Assembly (NCBI GenBank): GCA_020137815.1
Contig: CM035361.1
Coordinates: 4,960,001 to 5,024,000, forward strand
DNA length: 64,000 nucleotides
Direction of reading: 5' to 3'
DNA from: Hormiphora californensis
Taxonomy: Eukaryota; Animalia; Ctenophora
Below are positions 18,411 to 30,638 of the stretch, in pieces (position 1 is the first letter of the stretch; each line of letters begins with the position of its first letter). Position numbers and translations under genes: made by a program. The notes under the pieces were generated by a model. The model saw only the letters and a program-made list of their open reading frames with translations. It was not told where the DNA came from and did not search any database.

Positions 18411-19617
18411 GAGACAGAGAGGAAATATATATGGAGAGGAAGATTGGAATGTTTTACAGTATATAATTTTTGAAAAATATTTTTGAAAAACCCATTAATG
18501 TCCACTGTCGGAGCTGGTTCTCCCAAAGGGGAAATTATTCGGAAATTGATCGAGTTTTCAAACTTTAATTTTTTTTGCATTTTGATTGAGATTTGATGTG
18601 TTCAAGTCCCCCGCTTATGTATGTGAGGACTAAAACTCAAATCTCAGTTTCATGCTAAAAAAGGTTCGCAAACTCAGATCAATTCTCGATTTCTTTCCCC
18701 TGTAATCGCATTGAAAAACAAAAATCAATTGTCGTGCTTTTGCAAAAAAAATCCCATTCACAAATTCCCAGTTTTACAATTTGCATCACTGCGGTTGTAT
18801 ACTTGCCTGCGAAGCAGGCAAGCCCCGTAGGGGCGTAGGCCTGCACGCTCGTTAAGTCCAGGGGTTGCTAAGACGCGCACACACACACCACGCCACGAAC
18901 TGCTGACACGTTTCAACTTTTATTTTAAAAACAACCGCGCGCGCCCCGACTAAATCTTAGGGTATAAGTGTGACATAAGTGGCCACCATGTTCATTTTAG
19001 CACCATCTGAAAACTGAATTAAGCCAATTTGTAATTTAGGGCTGAATTGATGACCCCTTAAACATTATTCAAAACTCATAAAATAAATATTTAAATCTTG
19101 TTACCATACCTCATTTTCGGGAACGGGATAAAAGGACAGTTCACATGGCATTATTCGAAACTTGGTATGTGTAATGAGAAGGAAAAGGACAAATATGTAC
19201 CAACGTTAACATCTTGGTCAGGACCGAATCAAACTAGGGGAGAGAGATATAATTTTAAATTAGAGTGAAGAGAGAATGCGATTTAGGATTTATACTGTAA
19301 AATATACAGTACGGGGCGTTGACGGCCACGAAAGTGCTCGACCGGGTGTAGAGGGAGCAGGATACAAATTGAAACACTTTAGGTGGTGGCAAACATATGT
19401 TTGCCACACCCTAAAGTGTTGTGATGACCTGATAATGACCTGATTATTAATTAGCATTATACCATACCTCTGTCAGGAAAAAGCCTACACCGGATGATGG
19501 GAGCTTCATAATTATTGATAGAGGACAGTTTACACGGCATTGTTCGAAACTCAATGATCAGTACCTGGAAATAAGTGTTAAAAGATTGTGATGGACAAAG
19601 AACTATTTATTAAGTTA

Positions 19618-19750
19618 CAGTCGGACCCCAATTTACCGGTCGTTGATATACCCGAGCCGGGATAAGAAATTAACATTATTTGACCCGGGCACCCCGAATT
19701 ATCAGGCAATATCTTTCCCCCGAGCATCGCGGTAAATCGGGAACCGACTG
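19618..19750. mobile_element. Tc1/pogo-type MITE with TA flanks
   Basis: TA|CAGTCGGACCCCAATTTACCG...CGGTAAATCGGGAACCGACTG|TA. Confidence 0.75.
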
Positions 19751-20415
19751 TATATTAGCAAAAATCACACTTTTTGGGGGGGGGGGAATATATTTATGAT
19801 TTCTATGTACATATTCAAAACTAATTTTCCAATTTCCATCCGCTGTAATATATAGAAATGGATACCTAAGATTTGTGTTTTTAATATCACAGAGTAAGAA
19901 TTGAGAACATCCTAAAACACCTCATGGGACGGTCAGTTTTGCTACTCATACTATTCTCAAAAATTATTCGATCCAAAAAATGTGTGTCCAACAAAGAGTG
20001 TCCAGTGTCCTATTTTTACCACGGGATCCTTGATCCTTCCAATGTTCGGTATTGTTTATGAGTCCATTCACTGCATTTATAATTCTATTCCCATTCCATG
20101 TAACCAGCTAAAATGGAGCTGGATCAATACTGCAGTCAGTAGATGATGTATGCAGTGTTAGGGGAGTAAGGAATGTCCTGACATCACAGCACACATCACA
20201 ACAGCACCCACAGTTGCCGTCATAATAACATGTGGTGCAGTTTGTTACATTCAACTCGGATTCCAGCTCTGAGTGGTCCTGGAGAGGAGGAGATGGGGTG
20301 TTAGGGGTTGATTAGGGGGTGAGTTAGGGGTGTTGGGGTGGGATAAAATATAGAAACTGCGGTTTGGGTAGCAGGAGTTGAGTGATTAGATATAACATGG
20401 GCTATTATACGAGTA

Positions 20416-21110
20416 AGGTAAGCTGGGGCAAATTGGTCCATCGGGTAAAGTGGCCCATGTATGGGGCAAATTGGCCTGCTCGTTCTGTTCCGGATTTTTG
20501 CCTAGTTAGACTGTTTACAAATGTAAAGGAGGGTTAGAACATAACAATTAAAACTGCTGTGATTTCTGTTTGAGTTGGCCGATTTTAATTTTACAAAAAC
20601 TGCCAGTTAGGTTTTTTATTCTTCTAAAACTAGGCATAAAATTTTTTCAAAAAACTCACTACATACATATTAAGTTGATTAAATTGTCAAATTAGTCAAA
20701 TTGGGGCAAATATGGTCCACTCACTGGGGCAAGGTGGTCAACCCTGGGGCAAAGTGGTCCACCTCTAGAACCAATAAAATGGAGTATGAAATACCACGTG
20801 ACATTGGAATGCACTGGGGCAAGCTGCTGGAGACAACATGGGCCACTTTGCCCCAACTATCGGTGTTTTAACAACATCAGTCACGTGATAAAATTGAGCA
20901 ATGCTTTTGCTTGGGCCACTTTGCACAAGTGCAAATTTTCCAAAAAAAGCATCACCAAATTATTTGAATTGATTAATTAACCCATTAAATAAAACTTGCA
21001 GGTTTTAAAATTTAGCCCGGCTGAAAGGAAAACGTTTCATTGGGTAGCCTATACATTTTTTTCTCCTGCTGTATAAATTAAAAATGGGCCACTTTTGCCC
21101 CAGCTTACCA
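20416..21110. mobile_element. About 700-bp non-autonomous DNA transposon (Tc1/pogo-like, TA flanks)
   Basis: GGTAAGCTGGGGCAAA...TTTGCCCCAGCTTACC termini; subterminal TGGGGCAAA.TGG.CC repeats in inverted orientation. Confidence 0.75.
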
Positions 21111-21324
21111 TACACGGGAGTGTAAATTAGCAGTTAGGGGATTGAAAAAGCAACCTAAATGGGGTTAGAGCTGGACACAAACCTTATCACAGTAATCCTC
21201 CACATCATCAGCTTCAGGTCGAGATGTGATCTAGCTCCTTATCAGTCTGGGCTATAGCTTCCAGTGGGGATCTCTTGACTGCAGCTGGGCCTGACTGTTC
21301 CTCTTCAAGATCTCCTTCCTGAGA

Positions 21325-21485
21325 GGGAAGGGGTGTTAGAGGGTTGGTAAAGGGGAACAGTGTTAGAGGGTTGGTAAAAAGGGACAGTGTTAGAGGGGGA
21401 ACAGTGTTAGAGGGTTGGTAAAGGGGGGCCGGGGGGACAGTGTTAGAGAGTTGGTAAAGGGGGGGGGACAGTGTTAGAGGGCTGT
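21325..21485 (-). repeat. Minisatellite (CCAACCCTCTAACACTGTCCCC on the minus strand) filling a short intron
   Basis: About 6 degenerate units, each carrying CTAAC, upstream of the acceptor at 21319. Confidence 0.75.
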
Positions 21486-22604
21486 AAACTCACCATTAGG
21501 TTCGACAACTCATTATTGATTCCCCAGTGCAGTTTAAAATATCCTTCGACTCTCTTATCGTAAAGTTATCTGTAGAGAGAATAGGTTATATTTCATTTCT
21601 GCTTTCTTGGGAATAGCAATTGTCATGTTGTTCGTGGCCCCGAACAACATGACACTTTCCTAGTAACCCTACGGGGTCACTAGGAAAGTTTTATAAATTT
21701 CAGGGGAAGATACACGGTTGCCAGGGGTTATGTCTGCTAAACAACTGAAGGACAACAACTAGAAGGAAGGGATCACATGTGAGATATCTTAAATCCAGTA
21801 CTACAACGAAAGAGAGAGGAGATTGAGAGAGACGGAGAGAGAGGTAGATAGGGCTAGAAAGATTGAGATTGAGAGAGGCGGAGAGAGAGGTAGATATAAC
21901 TAGAGAGATAGTGAGGGAGAGACTGACAGCTACTGAGGGTGAAAGAGAGAGAATTCATAGAATGGTAGCAGGTAGGGCGAGAGAAAAAATATAGATTTAA
22001 AACATTTTGAATTGTCAACTACTAGTATAAAGAACTACAAAGTATAAACTAGCACTGGTTGCTCTCACCTTAAATAATGTCGATGCCATGACCACTTGAC
22101 GGCGAGCAGAGGAGCGTGACATACAACATAACCACTTTTCCCATCAATAACTAGCAGGGTCTGAGATAGTAGTTATCCTCTGATGGACTATTTTTGAGAA
22201 GGACAACCGTTGAACACCTGGAATTGAGTGTGTGGGTTACAGATATAACGTCAAGAGTAGGTTAGCAAATGGCAAATATATATAAATTCTCAACATGCTG
22301 CGTAAGACCCATAACGATGTTATAACCCTCCTTTACATTTGTAAAAGAGGGCGGGGCGCACGGAAAGAGAATAGAGCCAGGCAATAACGATGAGGCAGTA
22401 AAAATTGCGAGAGTCATGTGTGCTAATCGACTCTACTACAGTGTAAATTTCGGCTGACCTGTTGAACACCACCCCACCCAAAATACACACCAAAACTATC
22501 TCCCGAAACAGTTGCATTGTAAACTTGGTGAACCACTGTGTTTTGAGATTCCCTTGGTGATGAACCCGCAGTGTTGGTAATACATGTATCAGATGTATGA
22601 CGTA

Positions 22605-23397
22605 TAGTAGAGTCGATAACTACATCGACCTCTCCCAATTGTTCCAGTTTTTGTCACATCTGTTTGGAGCCTCGACACGACCTCTAAACAGGTGTTACTT
22701 TTTCACAAACTGTTTTCATCTTGGTGTAATCAGCAGTTGAAATGTTGCTGATCATAACAAAAACCGAACTATTTTTTTTCAACTTGGGGTAAAACCATGG
22801 GTGTCAAAAGTTAGCTCTAGGTCCCCTGAGTAACCATCCGGAGACTCTAAGAGATATTTCAAGCCGTTCTCCCGTAATCATTAATCCCGGTGGAGAAAAA
22901 AATACAATGCGGACGTACGTGAGCGCTGGCAGGCTGTTTACATGTTATTGTATGTCTCTCACTCTCTCTGGAAAAACCGCACGTGCGGTTGCGCCGCGCG
23001 AGATAACTCTTTCTCAAGGGGGAGAAAAGAGAGAGACGCACATTAACGTTATACATTAAAGTTGAGGTTGTAGGCAATTGCACGTACGTCCATACTCAAA
23101 TATGTGCTCTACCGGGATTAATGATTACAGGAGAACGGCTTGAAATATCTCTTAGAGTCTCCGGATGGTTACTCAGGGGACCTAGAGCTAACTTTTGACA
23201 CCCATGGTTTTACCCCAAGTTGAAAAAAAATAGTTCGGTTTTTGTTATGATCAACAACATTTCAATTGCTGATTACACCAAGATGAAGACAGTTTGTGAA
23301 AAAGTAACACCTGTTTAGAGGTCGTGTCGAGGCTCCAAACAGATGTGACAAAAACTGGAACAATTGGGAGAGGTCGATGTAGTTATCGACTCTACTA
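22605..23397. mobile_element. Foldback element with about 290-bp near-perfect inverted arms
   Basis: TAGTAGAGTCGATAAC... (22605 to about 22895) is the reverse complement of about 23107-23397, around a spacer of about 210 bp. A further related end (TCGACTCTACTA) lies at about 22427-22438. Confidence 0.88.
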
Positions 23398-24735
23398 GTA
23401 TGTGTGTACTGTTATACTGTGTATAACTGTACTGTGTAAAAATACTGTGAGTATACACATGTGCATTGTGCATTACATATAATTTGGTATAACTTCATTG
23501 ATGCCTACCGTTTTACAGAGCTGACACTGGCACACCCACCATTCCCTCCTGTCATCTCACAGCTGTCATGTCACCTCAACACCAGATTTCTAAACTCATA
23601 TTTGTTTACCTGGAGATAGGGCAAGGGGATGAGTAGAAGGGGTTCTAAAATAGTTGCAATGGCAGTGCTTAATATATCTTTAGTTTATGTATAAATCCCA
23701 GGTGGACTTTAACTAAGAAACAAAACTATCACCTACCAGAGTGAGGGGATGGGGATGAGATCACGTACCGGCTGGATGTGGTGGTTGAAGGTAGGACTGG
23801 GCTTGTTGCTGTGCATCAGTTCTTGCATCAGTAGTTGGGAGGAAATGTGTCGGGGAGACTGGAATTAGAGTGTGGGTTAGAGAGGGATGACACAGGTGAT
23901 AGTGGGGGGATGGGGATACAAACTAGGGAAACCAATCAAGGGTCTAGTAACATGTAGTAAAATGACATCTACATACCGGGGGTATTCCTTTGGCAAAATG
24001 GTGGGGGCGAACCATGAAGTTTGGTGGCATTCCCTTCATCCCCATGGGGTGGGGAGGGGTGAAGGGGCCAGGAGGGAAGGGTAGCTTGATACCACCACCC
24101 CTGGATGTTTCAATGGTTTAGGTCCCTGATCCTGCTCAGTAGGGGATACACGGGGCATGCCAGGTCCCTCCCCAGATCGAGGCCTCATCCTGTTCTGCAT
24201 GTGGGTGGGAGTCAGGTTGATGTTCATCTCGTGGGGCAGACACTCATCCTTGAACCCCCGCTCAGAGCTCTTGATCATAACGCTGGTAGGGGTGAATGCC
24301 ATGGGGAAGGGACCTTTGTTCAACATTCTGCAGGGAGAAATAATTTGGTAATTAATCAGTTAGTTAATCAAACCTGAAAGTGAATTGTTAGTAAAGTTGT
24401 CTGGTAGAAACTAGAGACCCAATGATTCATCTCCCGGGTTACCTGTGATCATTTTGGTGAGCGGTGATCCTAGTTGGAATGCTCTCATCCCCGGACAGTC
24501 TAGGTCTCATGAAGGGCTGGGGCTGCTGTTCCATTTGGGGTGGGGGCATTGGTCCCATACGGGCTGGGGCAGTCAGAAGAGGGGCACCCTGACCTGGCAG
24601 CCGGAGAAGGGCCTTGACAGCCTGGGTTTTCTCGTGCATCTGAAGGTGGAGGAGGAGTATTAGAGTGGTGTGGGGGAGGAGAGATGGAGGGGGAGGGATT
24701 CACAGCAGACAGGTTAGCAATCCCAGGTGAGAAAT

Positions 24736-24840
<105 letters not shown>

Positions 24841-24984
24841 TATGGATGGAAAGATAGAGAGAGTGAGAGTGAAAGAGAAGGGAGAGGGATAGAGAAAACT
24901 AAATGGTGTTGGTTTCGCAGTGCTTAGGCTACATGCTATCACTCGGTGTGAGAGGCAAAATATATTGAAAAAGAGAGAGGGAGG

Positions 24985-25051
<67 letters not shown>

Positions 25052-25292
25052 TGAGAGAGCTAGAGAGAGTAATTAGGCACGTATGAGGGATTGTATATTT
25101 TATTGAGAAAGCACAATTAATTCAGTCAGATCGGTGCATACATTTTGTTTTCTGGGTAAACACAGCTACACATGCATAACATTACATTTTTAAGGTGTAA
25201 CGCTAGTAGTTGTTGCTTCACGGTTTGGTCGTAATTGTGCCGTTGAACTTGCTAGGAGGACTAAGTTTACTACGAGCTGGTAATATACACAT

Positions 25293-25401
25293 CAGGAACC
25301 GACCGAAACAAGTAAACAACCAATCAGAACTCGTTATTTAGGTCACGTGACTGATAATCAGCCAATCAGGGACCAGTGTTTCCTGATTCGGTCGGTTCCT
25401 G
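25293..25401 (-). mobile_element. 109-bp hAT-type MITE (reverse orientation)
   Basis: Perfect TIRs; TSD ATACACAT / ATACAAAT. Confidence 0.9.
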
Positions 25402-26779
25402 ATACAAATGTATCTCTCCCTCCCTCTCTCATCCTGGCTCATCCTGTGTCTATCTCCATCTCAATCACTAACAAAGTAATGGTAGCTGTTCAATTTCTTC
25501 TCCTTTCTTGTAAGTTCTGGTTTGAGGACATTGTGGAAGATACGTTGAATAATAACTGGGAAGTATCTTGCAGCTACTCACTGCTGTGGTTCTCTGAAAT
25601 AGGGGAGATTGTTATCACGGGTCAAGGGTGCTGCCTTGCGCCGCCGACCCCATCTGAGCGCACTGACCACTGTCGCTTGGATCAAATTGGGTTATGACTT
25701 TCTGTCCACCACTTCTCGTGGTGATAGCATATCTTACCTGCTGAGTATCTGAGAGAGTGCCAAGCGTGGGATACTAAACACAGTATCCAGAACGCAGTAT
25801 CCAATTAGAAAAGTGATAAAATTGATGTTTGGAGGGCATCAAATCCTGGGTTTTTATACCGTTCATTCAGATTTATCCATTTCGTCACTCGTCAGATTTC
25901 CCCGTTTCGCCATGTAACACACTAGAGAGGTTTACAATGTTTGAAAATCAAAAGTTTTATACAATAAAAGTAAAAAAGGGCTTCCCATAGTGGGTCCCCG
26001 GTCCCCCATAAATTATTTAAACGTTACTCCATACCGGCCTACACAGGCATGCCATAGAAAGATTGTTAGGGAGTACCGGGTATCCATGTCTCATATAAGA
26101 CTGTCCTCTTCGCGGCGAGCCTTAGGCCTGGTGCGGCTACGTGAGGTTGTGCGGTGTACACTGTACAGTCAGTGCCTGACAACGGGTATCCCCTAATGGG
26201 GGGACACTGTCCACACCCCGCTAATACACTAAACATATTGGTTCACAAATATTAAACAAGAATTATTGCATTATGTATTCATAATGCGGTGTTTCCCTGC
26301 CCTCCGTCGACAGGATCAGTATCACACTATCAGTATCACAATATCAAGGCTTGGTCACAATGTGAGATGCATGCGTCCTGTATTTACACAGCTGTTTTAC
26401 TCTACCCTCACCCCTTCAGCAACAGTGTTGTGAGCGCCGCGCACAGCTTTGAAAAATAAGCGTCCTGACATCATATTTCATCAAAACAGTTATTTGATTT
26501 TATGAAGGAGCAGTTACTATGCTGCTACCGTGACACACGCGATTTTGACCACGCTCGAGTTACTATTTCAAATCCGAGATTTCTAAACCCTTTATGATCT
26601 TTCAAACTTTTCAACACTACTTTAAACAAATTAATTTGAGTTTGCCGTCAATCGTTCCGATAACTGTGTTAGCATCTATTCTCTAATCTTTTAGATCTCT
26701 GTTAGGCCTACTTTAACTTAACTTCGAGTGATATCAGTGAAGAGTTTGTTGTTGGCCGGCGTGCAACGGGTGTTTTAGG

Positions 26780-28024
26780 ATGACCGTTACGAGTAATTAT
26801 GACATATGTATCACTAAGAGTGATTTTGAAGACGTGTTATCAGGAGAAGTATTTAGCAATGATTATAAGGGTAGTGATTTGTTAGTGTGCCTTGAGAGGG
26901 GTGACACTGTTTGTCCGTCGTCTGTCCATAAACCTCAGTTGTGGCATCTTCTCAAAGCCTGCTACAGTATGCTTCCGGCGTCGGCACCGTTTTCTGTTCC
27001 TGGAGACCAAACTGACCTGAAGGAGTCGTTTGCAAAGCTGCACAAAGATCTGGTTTCGACTATCTCTGCTTTGGTCAAGCCTGTGGAGAATGGTAGAAGT
27101 GATATTGGTGGTGGTGGTGATCCAGAGGAACCGGTTACACCTACGATGAAACACTATGTGAATATTAAAACTGGCATCAATGAGGAAGGAGGGTCAGGAT
27201 TCTGTGCGAAGAAGTGGACTGATGAGGTCAAACCCAAAGTGGAAACTGCGTTGAAGACGATACCGGTGGTGAGATCCAGAGTGAACAGTGACCATACTCG
27301 ACTGTATTTCCCTAATGAGGACCAGATGAAGGAAGCGGAGAAAGTGTTGACTCCTCTTGCACAGGACTGCTCCATGTCATTCTTCTCAGAGGAGGCCAAG
27401 AAACTTGAACCAAAGGTGACGATTAATGATTTGAACCCTGAACTACTGGAAAAGGAGACTATCCTGGCAGCAATTTTGGACAAAAATGAGGATATCAGAA
27501 AGCTTTATCATGAGGATAAGAAGTTGAAAGTGGTGTTTGTGAGCGAGAGAGACAGGTATGCAGTGATCCAGATGGCTCCAGAGATCCGGAGGCTTTTGTC
27601 TAACAACGGTGATAAACTCAACCTAGGTCTTCGACAACATTTTGTCAAGAACAGGTATCATGTGATTCAATGCTATCACTGTCAAGGATACGGACATATA
27701 GCAGGCTCGATCTACTGTCCTCAGAAGGAAAACCCTGTGTGCTGCTTTTGTGCTGGAACACACCAGACAAAGGACTGTAGGGCAAAGAAGAACAACGAGA
27801 CTGGTAAGATGAAGTGTGTGAACTGTGCGGTTGGAGGATCAAGAGAGGACAAGAAGTATGCGAGGACCCATACAGCTTCTAGTATGTGGTGTCCCTCGTA
27901 CATCAATGAACGGGCACGGCTTATGGAGAGGACGTCAGGTGTAAGCAAAGAAGAAAAAAACCTGTACTGGACGAGGACAAAGGAGGAACTACACAGGAAA
28001 AGACTTGGAAGATTGGGACACTAA
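26780..28024 (+). CDS. LINE ORF1, gag-like nucleic-acid-binding protein (414 aa)
   Basis: Three Cys/His knuckles (CYHCQGYGH....YC, CCFCAGTH.TKDC, CVNC...HTASS..CP) directly upstream of the APE ORF. Confidence 0.9.
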   Translation: MTVTSNYDICITKSDFEDVLSGEVFSNDYKGSDLLVCLERGDTVCPSSVHKPQLWHLLKACYSMLPASAPFSVPGDQTDLKESFAKLHKDLVSTISALVKPVENGRSDIGGGGDPEEPVTPTMKHYVNIKTGINEEGGSGFCAKKWTDEVKPKVETALKTIPVVRSRVNSDHTRLYFPNEDQMKEAEKVLTPLAQDCSMSFFSEEAKKLEPKVTINDLNPELLEKETILAAILDKNEDIRKLYHEDKKLKVVFVSERDRYAVIQMAPEIRRLLSNNGDKLNLGLRQHFVKNRYHVIQCYHCQGYGHIAGSIYCPQKENPVCCFCAGTHQTKDCRAKKNNETGKMKCVNCAVGGSREDKKYARTHTASSMWCPSYINERARLMERTSGVSKEEKNLYWTRTKEELHRKRLGRLGH

Positions 28025-28997
28025 ATGTCCGCTCTCTCATTAACAAAACTGGAGGAGTTATTTCGCATCTGGAAGAGGAGGATTGTGATATTTGTCTTAT
28101 ACAGGAAACATTTTTGAAATCAACAGACACTGGAAAACTTCAAGAAATTAGAGATAATGGATGGGATATTTTCTCGTGCCCCAGAGGAGACAGAGGAGGA
28201 GGAGGAATTGGAATCCTTTTTAGAGATGGCATAGTTCTTCGACAGTGTCCGGTGAAGACTAAGTATAAGTCTTTTCAAGTTCAAGAGGTCCTGATCAGTG
28301 ACAGAGATCAACCGAAGAGGATCTGTAATGTCTACCGACCTCCGTACACACCGAAGTCAAGACTTACAGAAGCAACCTTCCTATCGGAGTTTGGTGATTA
28401 CCTATCCGAGCTTGTTATGAAACAAGGTACTCCGATCATCGCTGGTGACTTGAACTTCCAGGTGCAGGATGCTAATAACTTCTATGCTAGGAAACTTTTG
28501 GAGCTGCTGGATTCATTTGATCTTCAACAAAGAGTGCCACTTTTACCTACTCACCGGCTTGGAGGAACCTTGGACTTGGTGATAACTACAAGAGAAACTT
28601 CTCTAGGTGACATATCCATATTTCCTAATGGTACTACATCAGATCACTTCCTAGTACAGTTTGGGATTGAAGTGAGACCTGACCTGTCGAACTCCTGTCT
28701 GAAGAAGTCAGTATATCGAGAGTACATGGATTACAAGTCAGTGGATTTGGAAGGATTTAAAGAGGATTTGCGGAAGGCTGATTTTGAAGGAGGTAGGGAT
28801 CCAGAGGAGGGCGTGGTGAATTTCTATCGTTGGCTGGAAAGTATAGTGGAGAGGCGAGTTCCGAGGAAGCGGGTGAGGATTGGGAAAAAGTTTAAGCCAT
28901 GGAGGGATGAGGAACTTAGAGGATTACTTCGAGAGAGGAGGAATGCAGAACGGTGTTGGCGGAAACTCGGAACTGTGGATGCGAAACGGAGATTTAA
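27910..28997 (+). CDS. LINE ORF2 N-terminal part (APE endonuclease), in the -1 frame overlapping ORF1 and cut by an insertion
   Basis: Frame open from 27910. Motifs IGTLNVRSL, DICLIQET, RGGGGIG, NVYRPP, IAGDLN, PTH..GGTLDLVIT and SDH. Confidence 0.9.
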
Positions 28998-29088
28998 CCC
29001 TTTGAGGGCGATAGGTCATATATGACACGGTCCATTCTAGACCGTCTGGAAGGCGCTACATGATGTCTAGGTGGCTAATTTTTTGTCA

Positions 29089-29467
29089 TGTGACGAGCGG
29101 CCTTTTTCTGGAACTCTTTTATATTTTCCTTGTATCACTTTTGTCCCCGTTTCAAAGTAAAAACAGCTTGTTTCCTTTTGTAACAAAATCGGTTGGGGGA
29201 AACGGGAACTGAACAAAAAGGGGGCCAGGCACTCGAACACAATCCCGGGCGATCTACAAACTTCTGGGGTTGCGCGCGCGGCCTATAGCCACGCGCGCGG
29301 ACATAGCTGACAAACGTCCTAACAGAAACCCCGCGCGCTACGTCCAGAACGCCCCAGAAGTGTGTCCGAGTGTCCCGCCTTCCTTCTAGATCATATCTCG
29401 GACCCGGAAAACACAAAATACAAATATCTCATACAAAATAAGGTAATCATATCATAAAATCACCACA
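29089..29467 (-). repeat. 3' LTR
   Basis: Appears identical by eye to 35720-36098; the same 93-aa ORF translation appears in both. Confidence 0.95.
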
Positions 29468-30638
29468 TATACCCACAAAAAAAACTGGCCCGATCGATAC
29501 CTCCTTGAGGTAGCGAGAGAGCCAATCGCAACCCTCCGGAGATATACGAACACACTCGCTACACCTCTCTCGACTATTCTAGAACAATCTCACCGCACTA
29601 CTAGTACTATGGCTCTCCTAGGAACATCTGACACGACAACAGCTATCTATACTAAGTCCTTATCTTGCTAACCACACACTGACGAACAGACAAATCCTAA
29701 CTGCTACACTCTTCTCTCAATTCTCTCTCTCACAAGACACACTTTACAAAGTGTACAAGAGTCCCCACAGTTCTGTATAGGTAATGTCTCTATAACTATA
29801 CCTCTTCTTCTGATGATATCTTGGTCATATCCCCGAACACTGTCCTCCTTGCAGTTGCTCAGCCTAGCTCTCTGCCCCATTTTCCCTGCCGAATCTCCCC
29901 CTTCCCTGCCAGAATTCCTCTTTCCTTCACAAGCAGGATAATATTCTAAAACGGGGTGGGTTAGTAAGATGTAAACCACTTTCACTGGCACACTAATCTC
30001 ACAACTCGCTCTCACAACACTTACACACTCTCAATGCCATACTCGCACTATACCTCACACCACGGCCATACTCACACCTTTCCTCCCGGCCATACTCACA
30101 CCTTTCCGCACGACCACACTCAGACCTCACTGCACCGCCGCACTCGGACCTCTCTGCACAGCCACACTCAGACCTCACTGTACCCACACACCGAACTGAC
30201 AGGGAAAGAACAATACCCCGGGGAAGACCGGGTCTAACGATACTATACCAATACTCCTGAATCATCCAGGACGAGTTAGGGTGTAGTGCGAACAGGTATT
30301 CGGTATCAGCTGTAGCATCGCGGTAAACAGGGTCCTCCATAGCCGGCCGACTATCAAGTACGACAACTCTCTGGGTGGTATTCCAACACATAAAATATCA
30401 ACATTCAACTTATCATTTATCATATCTCCTGAAACAAGTGAATACCCCCAACCCAGAAAGTCATCTCCCCCGTTCCCTCACGGACTGACTGCCACCTCAT
30501 GCCCCACAGTCCTAATCATCCTAAACAACAGAGTATAACACCCCTACTAGGCAACTCGGGAACAAGAACAAACACCAAACAAGAACGTACAAACAACAAT
30601 ACTTACCTATACAGAAGCATACTCCGGTGATTCATGAG

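Noticed and set aside
25738-25866. ATGAACG start exon plus an 11-nt microexon for the minus-strand gene
   Set aside because: Splice signals are plausible, but the resulting phase does not match the frame that chains with downstream exons; left unassigned.
29135-29416. Duplicated 93-aa ORF (also 35766-36047)
   Set aside because: Lies wholly within the two LTRs; no protein motif.
29704-30391. Possible env-like or accessory third ORF in the Gypsy element
   Set aside because: Short ORFs partly made of 21-bp repeats, with no signal peptide, transmembrane segment or recognisable motif.
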